From Octopus vulgaris (Eukaryota): a stretch of DNA of 64,000 nt. Below the pieces are notes generated by a model that had not been told where the DNA came from, searched no databases, and was given only the letters and a program-made list of their open reading frames with translations. Positions 54,662 through 64,000 of the stretch are shown here, piece after piece. Made by a program: the position numbers and the translations under genes. The first letter of the stretch is position 1. Each line of letters starts with the position of its first letter. The stretch spans positions 101,990,001 to 102,054,000 of the forward strand of contig OX597816.1 in assembly GCA_951406725.2 (NCBI GenBank), given 5' to 3'.

Positions 54662-55332
54662 CCCTTTAGCATTCAGATTACTCTGTCAAATGTAATACTT
54701 ATAATTTATTCACAGTGTTTTGAATTAACTGTTGTGGCCGTTGCCAGCCTCCCCTGGCACCTGTGCTGGTGGCACGTAAAAAGTACCCACTACACTCAGG
54801 GAGTGGTTGGCGTTAGGAAAGGCATCTAGCTGTAGAAACACTGCCAGATCAGACTGGAGCCTGGTGCAGCCTCCTGGCTTCCCAGACCCCAGTCAAACTG
54901 TCCAACCCATGCTAGCATGGAAAACGGACATTAAACGATGATGATGATGATGATGTTTAGCATTTGAACTGACCATATCAAGTCTAAATATTCTACTTGA
55001 CTCATGATCAAACCAGCCAGATCTGGCCTCTCACACCTACCCTATAATGTCAGCCTCATAATAAACACTCACATCATTGAAACCTTGAAGCTACAAGATA
55101 ATACATAATTAATTCAAAACAATGTGAATAAGTAAGCATTAAATTTGACCAAGTAATCTGAACAATAAAGGGTTAAACAGGTGTTATCTTATAGCTTCAA
55201 GATTTCAATGTTGTAATTGTTTATTTTTAGAATAGCATTGTAGGGCAGGTGTGAGAGGCCAGATCTGGCCATTTTGGAGATAAAACAGGTAGAACATTTG
55301 GGCTAGATATGGCCAGTTTAAATGCTAAAGTG
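54662..55332. mobile_element. Nested piggyBac-like MITE A containing inverted MITE B, itself hit by an RTE tail
   Basis: MITE A 54662-54728 plus 55177-55332; TTAA at 54725-54728 and 55173-55176; RTE tail 54733-54955; MITE B body 54956-55172. Confidence 0.75.
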
Positions 55333-55915
55333 TTAAGGGTACACAAGTATGTGAAATACTCAACCACTTTTATGCTAATTTAGTGTGTAGGTAGTCCAGT
55401 TGATTAAACAACTCTAATACACATCATTCAAACAAAGGATCCACATACTGCACTGTTTTATGGTAAATATGTGTTTGTGTGTGTGTGTGTGTGTGTGTGC
55501 ACTTGCACGTGTGCTGAAGGTGTTATTTCTTCCATACAGGAAGTGTTTTTGATATTGAAATTGTAAAGTTATTGAAACAGTCAGAGAGGAAGGAGTGGTA
55601 GCAGTGGTTTTGGTGGTGGTGATTGTTGTTGTTGTTGGAAGTAATGGTAACGCTATCAGTTCCTGCTACAACAATACTAATCAATACATCCTATATAGAA
55701 TATATTTAGAGCTGTTGAATCAGTCAGAATTACTTTTGGAAAAAAGGAAAAAAAGTGTCTGAAATGGAATTAATGGATCAAAGTGAAATTGATTTATTTA
55801 TAGTGTGTGGTGGTGGATACGGTGGTGGTGCTACCTGGTGGTAGTGGTGGTGGTGGTGGTGGCCAGTGTGGTGATCATGGAGGTAGTGGTGGTAGCATAA
55901 GCAGAGGTGATTGTT

Positions 55916-56132
55916 AAGGCAGCAAGCTGGCAGAAACATTAGTACGCCAGGTGAAATGTTTAGTGGTATTTTGTCTGTCTTTATGTTCTGAGTTCAAATT
56001 CTGCCGAGGTCGACTTTGCCTTTCATCCTTTCGGGGTCGATAAATTAAGTACCAGTTGCGTACTGGAGTCAATTTAATCGACCATCCCCTTCCCCAAAAA
56101 TTTCGAGACTTGTGCCTAGAGTAGAAAAGAAT
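55916..56132 (+). mobile_element. Full-length family C SINE
   Basis: Head, B box GAGTTCAAATTCT, central GCCTTTCATCCTTTCGGGGTCGATAAATTAAGTACCAG; GTGATTGT on both flanks. Confidence 0.85.
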
Positions 56133-56869
56133 ATGAGTGATTGTGGTGGTAGTAGAGACAACAGCTATGGTAATGATGGTGGTGTTAGTGGCGATGGTGA
56201 TGGTCTTGTTGTTGTTGTTGTTGTTGGTATTGGTGGTGGTGGTGGTGGTGTTAATATTAGCTGTGGCAATGATGACAATTGTAGTAATAGTTATGATGGT
56301 ATAAGGGATGATAGGGACAAAAGTATAATGAACAACAAGTGGTGGTGGTGGTGGTTGGAGGGGTTTGTGTAGGGGTAGATGAGTAGGGGGATATGTAAAG
56401 AGTAATGGTTAATTGTGGTTTGGGCTGCTGGATGGGCAAGTGAATGAAAAGTGATGGTTAAAGTTTTAGAGTAGAGGAGAAAATAGGTAGGTGAGGTTGG
56501 GTAGATGAGTAAACGCAAGGTGAGAAATTATACAAGCAAGGAAAAGGTGTTGCTCAGGTAAGGGTGAGATGCCTATTTTTATGGGGTTTTTTGTTTTGCA
56601 TTGTTTTGTTTTTGTTTTTTGCTTTTTTTTTTGCAGTCAAATTATTCAAATGGAACAAAAAATACAAGAAACCCCTGAGAATAAAAACAATATATTTAAC
56701 AAATAAAGAAATGAAAAACATAAAATTTTATTCTGTTTATTGTTAGCTTTGTGCACTTTATTGCGCTTTATTGTGGTCTATTGTGGTTTATTGAAACATT
56801 CTCCATGTGAAAACAGAATTGCTTTGTTGCTTTTCTTCTCTCAGGTAATTATGCTTCAGGTGCAATTCG

Positions 56870-57008
56870 TCATACTTTACATCATCATCATCATCATCAT
56901 CATTAACCTCATCTTTACCATCATCATCACCACCACTATCAGTTCCAGCCCCCCCCCACTCCCACCATCATTACCATCATTATCATTGTCATCATTTTCA
57001 TTATTAGT

Positions 57009-57056
<48 letters not shown>

Positions 57057-57480
57057 TCATTGTCTAGTCATTGCTTTTATTATATTCTTTGTTTTCAATC
57101 ATAACCACAACCATAACCATCACTTTCATCATCACCAAAACTATCTTTTTTAATCATTGCTTACCACTACTCTCTTCATCATGAGGGTGGCAGTGGTGAT
57201 ATCTTTCACCATAATCCTCATTACTTCCACTGAAGTTGACATCATTGCCACTCTGATCATATCATTATTCTCAAAATCATCATTACTTTCACCATTATTA
57301 GACTCCTAATTCTCCATATTATCATCATCATCATTATCATCATCATCATTATCATCATCATCATTATCATCATCGTTGTTGTCATCATCATCATCATCAC
57401 CGTCATCATCATCGTTATTGTTATTGTCAATGTCATCATTGTTGTCATCATCATTATTGTCATCATCATCATCATCTCAA
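56870..57480. repeat. (CAT)n-rich low-complexity field
   Basis: Direct reading. Confidence 0.9.
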
Positions 57481-57879
57481 TCAATCAATTAATTACCATT
57501 GATAATGATCACTGAAGTGCAGTAGGGGAATTCACAATAATAAGTGCTCATGGTACAGTTTCAGTATTGAGTAGGCAGAGAAACAAAGCATCATACATGC
57601 CTTTTGTTGCTCCAACAAGCCATTTATAGATTTCATCAATTGTTGCACTCACAGTTGTGCCATATATGCTCGTGGTCTTAAACATGATGAGTTCAAACTC
57701 ATGGCACATCACCGCTTGATCATATTTAATAGTTTTGCATTGTTCTACCAGTGTTACAGTGCTAGAATCTTCAGTCTATATGGGTGTAATATGTGTTTGC
57801 ACAAATGTATCCACCACAGTAATATCCTATACAAGACATCAACCCCATTGCCAAGGAATTCAAATTAAACTGTCTAGCA

Positions 57880-58220
57880 CAGTTTTTCTCAATCAACATT
57901 CATATGACCACTTGGGGTCCATGTAAGACTTCTGGGGTCCACATAAGCATAATAGTAAACTAGGGATCTACAGTAGTTCATTAAGGGTCCATGAAAATAT
58001 TTTGCTTTAAATGTATTTTTTGCAAGAAACATCTAGGTTTTTTTCTGAAACATTATACATTGTTCAACTTACACAAGTTAATGTGTGGAAAACAAAATAG
58101 GAATTTTTAAAGAAGTTCTTGTATAAAACTAGTTTTAAAACTTTGAATTGTTATAGAGGTCTACCAGAATAGAATAGTAGTCAAAGGCATCCATAGGCAA
58201 AAAGTAGTTGAAAACTACTG
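57880..58220. mobile_element. hAT (Charlie-like) MITE
   Basis: Ends CAGTTTTTCTCAA and TTGAAAACTACTG; internal GGGGTCCA repeats; GTCTAGCA left flank. Confidence 0.55.
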
Positions 58221-59120
58221 GCCTTGTCTTACCCTCTCTTACTAACACATCCTTTTATAGCTTCTTCTATAGGTATAAAATGTGTTACATATTTGTTTAT
58301 TTGGATCAGTGTCTTCATCTTGATTATTCATCATCATCATCATTTAACATCCACTTTCCATGCTAGCATGAGTTGGACGATTTGACTGAGGTCTGACAAA
58401 CCAGATGGCTGCACCAGACTCCAATCTGATTTGTTAGAGTTTCTACAGCTGGATGCCCTTCCTAATGCCAAAATTATTATAGTTACAATATTTCATCTGT
58501 CATAACTTCCAGCCTTCTTCAGGTACCTGCTGTCATCATAATCACTATCATTGTCATTGTTGTCATCATCATCTTTGTTGTCATCATCATTTAACATGCA
58601 CTTTTTCATGCTTGTATGGGTCAGACATAATTTGTTGAAGGAGATTTTCCACAGTTGTATGTCCTTCCTGTTGCCAACCATTACCTGTTTCCAAGCAAGT
58701 TAACATTTTCTCATAGCTAGCCATGTTTTTCACTAAAGACAGGAAACAAGGATACACACAAATGCTTACACATACACACACATGCACACACACATACACA
58801 CACACTTACACCCAAATACATACGTGTATGTGTGTGTGTGTGCACGCATCTGTGTGTGTGTGTGTGCATGTGTGTGTGCATGTCTATGCACGTGTTTGAT
58901 GGGCTCCTTTTAGTTTCCGTAAACCAAATCCACTCATAAGGCTTTGGTGCTGCACAGTGAGACTGAACCCAAGATCACATGGTTGGGAGGCAAGCTTCTC
59001 AACCACCCAGCCACACCTGCACTTTTATTAAAACTATAGTTGGTAGATTGTTCCCATTCCATTTGTGATTTTCAAACTTGTGATGCTATTTGTTTGTTTA
59101 GCTTAAACTAGTATATATAT

Positions 59121-59176
<56 letters not shown>

Positions 59177-59726
59177 CATCTCTGTGTGTGTGTGTGTGTG
59201 TGTGTGCATGTGTGTGCATGTACGGAATCACTGATCCAAAGATTGAACTCCCACCTACCAGTTAAAATGCAATGCTTAACACAATGTTTATTTTCACTCT
59301 CTTAGGTGTTAGAAATAAGGAGCTTTAAATATACATTTTTATTTTTTAGCCAATGACCATAAAAAAAGTGGAGCTGAGTCATAGACTCAGTCTCTCTAGG
59401 AGCTCAATTTTACAGAATATCAATCACCATGTCTTTAAATAAATGTTGTTATTCATTAACTGGCTAAGTTTTCTAAATTTCGTAACATTTCTGAACTGTT
59501 TATGCCTCCAATTTTTAATCCTATGCAAGAAAAGTTTACCTTCCCATACATCAGGAAGTGATAAAGGTGTCTAACATTAGATATTGATTGCTTCTGACTT
59601 GGCACAAAGCCACTGTTTTGATGAGAAAAAGGTACATCTTTGCTTATCTTTTATTCATAAATACAAGATTCATTTAGTGTTTTCACAGTATGTAAAAAGT
59701 CCATTCAAGTGGAAAGTCATGCTTAC

Positions 59727-59783
59727 CTTGACCAAACAGATCGATGGATATGCACCGGTATCACGGTGATTTTCTGGTTATAA
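59727..59783 (-). CDS. Candidate internal 57-nt exon of an unidentified host gene (VITRNHRDTGAYPSICLVK)
   Basis: Long pyrimidine tract ending ttcccattgtttctag|, donor AAG|gtaagc, length a multiple of 3, only the phase-0 frame open, CpGs retained, non-repetitive. Confidence 0.55.
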
Positions 59784-61051
59784 CCTAGAAACAATGGGAA
59801 TATAAAATAAGTGGAAAGGAAAAGTGTATTAATAATGAAACAAAAAAAAAAAACAACTAAAAGTAGCATAAATATAAACAACTAACTGACTAATGCAATT
59901 TTTATTATATTTTTCGGTATTGAGTAAAAAGGTACTTTCTACCCCAATCTTAATTTTCTAATTGGTTCCAAAATTGGCAAAGATAATAGCATACTTAATA
60001 TAATGGAGACCGGTTTGTTCACTTCATAGATCTAAGTTCTAATCTTGATAGAGACCACTTTGTGGTTTACCTATTGTTTGTTAATAAATATTGTTGGTGT
60101 TGTTTTGAATGTCTAAATGTATGCAATGACTTGTTGATAAAATTATAATTATTTGGATTAATATCCTCCATTTTAGAAATGAAGAAAAGATGTTCATGTT
60201 TACATCTACATAGCATTTCAATCAGTTTGATTTCTATTCATCATTGGGTATCATATTCCTAATTGTGTACATAAAATAAGATAGGATTTGAACTAGAAGC
60301 ATTTCTGTGTAAACCAACGGTAGTGTACATTTATCAATAGCTTTATGAATAAGAATGTTAATTGTCCTCAGGTTAGAAATAAAAGTTTGGATTGAGTTTA
60401 GTACTATGTAGACATCCAAGAATAAGACACTTGATGACGAGCTGAGATTAAATTGTTATAGATTAATTGGCCAAAGAATTTTAATATTATTGCTTTTTAC
60501 TGCTTTGGCATAGTCATTGCTTTTTCGTGGGGTAAGGGATAAAGGACAATTGTCACTTGCATCCCAATGTAAAAAAATTGAGTAAATCACTAATTGGCAA
60601 TTATTTATGTTTTACCACAGGCATTATAATATACCTGTGTCCAAGACCTAAATCCTAATCACCAAGCCTTTATATTTAGAGTGAGAGAAGGAAATATATT
60701 CCAGAAAGATACTATCCATAAAATACTGTTCTTGAATACAGAATTTAGATAGAGAAATATAACTGAGTAGCAATTAGAGGTAGTATTTTTATACGAAGCT
60801 CATGAGCTGGCCTTGGTGATTTATGCTAATAAGCGGGCAAGTTTGAAAAGACAATATTCAGGGTAGTTACAATGAGACAGAGATATAAAACAAGAACCTT
60901 GAATAGGATATGGCAATTTAGAGGAAAGTGGAAAGTTTATTAGTCAGTAAAAACACATTAACATTTAGCTTAAATTTGTGAAATTATTGGAAGAGAAATT
61001 GTTCATCTGTGAAAAGATATGATTTATGTACCTGAACCTAACAGTCGTGAC

Positions 61052-61085
<34 letters not shown>

Positions 61086-61790
61086 TGTGTACAGTGCTCA
61101 GGTGCACTACAACTCATCTAAAGTGTATATATAATCAGGTGTAGTTTCGGCGGATTTCGGAAAGCATGAGGGCCTTAAAAGATGCAGTGTCATGGCAGTC
61201 AGCAACTGACGCAGGCAGTTTATTCCATGCTTCAGCAACTCTGAGCGTGAAAAAATGTTTCTGAAAGTCATGGGAGCTGTATTGTTTTCTGACTTTGTAG
61301 GCATGTCCACGTGTGTTAGACACATGGAGATCAAAAAGGTGTTCAGTGTTGTTGTTGGTGAGGTGGTTGATAACTTTGTGGGTGTTTACCAAGTCCGTCG
61401 CCAAACGCCGGAGCTTCAGTGAATCCATGCCCAGGGAAACAAGGCGCTCAGAATATGGTAGGTGTCTGATGGAGGGTATGCGTTTGGTTGCACGTCTCTG
61501 GACAGATTCCAGGAGGTCAATGTTCTGTGCAAGATAGGGGTTCCAAACTGATGATGCGAATTCCAAGTGTGGTCGTACCATAGCTGTATACAGTTTTAAA
61601 TAGATGGCTGGAGAGCGGCTAACAAAAGACCTGCTGAGTGATGCCAAGACACCCTCGGCCTTCCTGACAATCTTAGAGATATGCTTTGACCAACGCAAAT
61701 CACTGCTGACAGTGATGCCTAGGTCACGCTCGCAAGAGGATTTCTTGATATCAGTGTTGTGGAGGGAGTAAGTGAACGCAGGGTTTTTTT
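61052..61790 (-). mobile_element. 5'-truncated CR1-clade LINE with (TTA)n tail
   Basis: Uninterrupted ERDLGITVSSDLRW..LYTAMVRPHLEFASSVWNPY..LESVQRRATK..TRGH..FFTLRVAEAWNKLP; stop at 61135; tail 61052-61085. Confidence 0.92.
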
Positions 61791-61852
61791 AAGAACAGTG
61801 TTACTCTTGAGGAGATGTGGTATGAAAATCGAAAAAGGCAAACATGTTTTAA

Positions 61853-62071
61853 CTCTTTCATTAGAATATTTCTGTTAAACCACATTATCTTTGTTTCTAT
61901 AAGTTTTGAAAATAACGATGAATTTATTGAAATAACTTCATCATTATTAAGTTGATGCTTGGAAGATAAATTAAGAAGTTTTGGGGGAAGGTCACAATTT
62001 AGATAACTTTAAAATAGAAAGTTTGTATAATAGAATTAGGGGTAGTTTCAAGCAGGTTGCTATCAAAAGCG
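61853..62071. mobile_element. TTAA-flanked MITE, second family
   Basis: TTAA-CTCTTTCATTA...TATCAAAAGCG-TTAA. Confidence 0.5.
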
Positions 62072-62172
62072 TTAAACTTTTTAAACTTATTCAATACTAT
62101 GAAGGAATCTAGGGATGCAAACTCTCTTTGTCTTCTCATTAATAAAGGAGTTGGGGGCAAAAACTTCCTAAA

Positions 62173-62403
62173 CCCTTTAGCATTCAGCTTTCTCAGTCGA
62201 ATGTAATGCTAATTTTCACATTGATTTGAATTGGTCATGCATAACCTTGCAGCTTTGAAATTTCAATGACATGATTGTTTATTTTCAGAATAATATTTTA
62301 AAATAATATGTTAGGGTAAGTGTGAGAGGCCAGATCTGGTCAGTTTGAAGATAAAACATGGAGAATATTTTGGCTTGATATGGTTGGTTTAAATGTCATA
62401 GGG
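62173..62403. mobile_element. piggyBac-like MITE
   Basis: CCCTTTAGCATTCAG...ATAGGG-TTAA; body matches the 41290 copy. Confidence 0.75.
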
Positions 62404-63197
62404 TTAATATTTGATGAGTGAGCTGTTGATTTGATATTTGTCAATATTGAGAGCATGATTGAAAGATTGTTTATTCCTCGGTGAATAGACAGTAGGACTG
62501 CACATTTTGAGAGAGGAAGGGTGTCATAAGTGCTGAAGAAATAGCAAAACTATTACACATCTTTTTATTAGCTTGGTCTAAAGTAAGAGAACATACCCAT
62601 AACTTTTGCACCCTCCTACCTGAGACAGGTGAAATAAACATAGTTAATATTTCATTTGATCATTAACAATGTTGATAACAGTCGCAAGATGATAGTCGCA
62701 AGATAACAGTTGCAAGAAAAGTATGGAAATGATAAACTGTGAGTGGATTAGGTTTGATAATATGAATAAAAATAGAGGCAGTCATAAGTTCTTAAATGTT
62801 AAAGGAGGTTAAGTTGATTGAGTTAAATCCAGAATCAACTGATACTTTATCTTACTGATTCTAAAAGTTCCAGAAGTGAAGTTGACTTTAGCGAGATTTG
62901 AACTCAGAAGATGAAGGCTCATAACTAGATACCCTAAGGTAAACACAATATTGAATGACACATTGTGACAGATAAGAGAATCATGTAACCTACAACATTA
63001 CCAGATGTACAAATACTAACATCTGTGGAAATAATCATAACATTTATACCAAAGACATTGCTCTGGTGATGGAAATATCACAAATATATTCCAACATATT
63101 TCATTGAAGAAAGATTTACTAGTAGTAGTACTGGTGGTGGTGGCAGTGGTGGCAGCGATGTCACAAACAGTGGCAGAAGAGCCAGCACAGCAGTAGC

Positions 63198-63269
<72 letters not shown>

Positions 63270-63407
63270 TGTTGTTTAGATCTCAGGTCTGCCCTAATCA
63301 AGCAGACGAATGATCAGAGATATCCCAACCATGACCAACATGTCTTATCTTGTATCTGTGTCCTTATACATACATACATACATACATACATACATGCATA
63401 CATATAG

Positions 63408-63479
<72 letters not shown>

Positions 63480-63481
<2 letters not shown>

Positions 63482-63673
63482 CCGCTTATGTATCGTTGGC
63501 GATTTTCTTTCTCTGTTTTCCCTTCTTTGGACTTTTTCTTTATTTCTGATGAAGAGCTCCACTCGAAACATGAAATCCTCTTTCTTTTCTTTCCTTTCCT
63601 GAGCGTCCAATAACACTGTACTTATTCCACGTCCTCACATTGTTTTTTCTTGCTTGTTCATGTTTGGGTTGAC
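63480..63673 (+). mobile_element. Probable Penelope-type terminal-repeat fragment in (TA)n, carrying a hammerhead motif at 63542-63576
   Basis: ATTT-CTGATGA-A-GAG.CTCCA.CTC-GAAAC-ATG-AAAT. Confidence 0.55.
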
Positions 63674-64000
63674 TATATATATATATATATATATATATAC
63701 ATACACACATACACATGTATATTCATGTCACTTCGATTTTTAAGACAATACAATGTGTGCTTTGAATGAAATTTGGTTACTATTGCTTGCAGGTCAAGCA
63801 AAAACATAAAATAAGCTCCCTTATTCCCCTAGATTGAACCTGAATGAACAGATCAATGACTTTCCCTCCGCAATCATTCCTTCTTTTCTCCATTATTTCT
63901 TTTTCTACCCAATGCATTCAAGTAGAAATTCCCTCAGTGCATATTTACAGCAGGCTGATATCATTAATAAATGAGAGTAAAAGAGTCTATGAATTAGGGT

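Noticed and set aside
61041-61805. TSD for the CR1 (AACAGTCGTGACT vs AACAGTGTTACT)
   Set aside because: Imperfect for such a young insertion; cannot be supported
62674-62716. Three copies of GATAACAGTCGCAA
   Set aside because: Small local slippage repeat with no evidence of function

Overview
AT-rich, CpG-poor eukaryotic DNA, very probably an octopus (cephalopod) intronic or intergenic region. This is inferred from the microsatellite load and from SINE/LINE families I recognise; it is not database-verified. No intact host gene is evident. Almost all ORFs in the six-frame track are translations of (TA)n/(TG)n/(TATG)n/(CAT)n/(ACC)n microsatellites. The real protein homologies all belong to decayed transposons: a near full-length mariner (2153-3367), two other mariner fragments, a DD37D/maT element (28959-29823), a pogo/Tigger relic, an RTE LINE (about 30.6-33.3 kb) with several RTE 3' ends, a young CR1 3' end (61.1-61.8 kb), two R4/Dong-type RLE LINE fragments and a Penelope RT fragment. 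There are several tRNA-derived SINE families and TTAA-, hAT- and Tc1-type MITEs, often nested. The most interesting structures are a strong 57-nt minus-strand exon candidate (59727-59783), two degenerate hammerhead-ribozyme motifs, three long hairpins, a triple TSD from repeated SINE targeting, a three-layer nested insertion, and a recent 509-bp tandem duplication of a SINE-head/RTE chimera.
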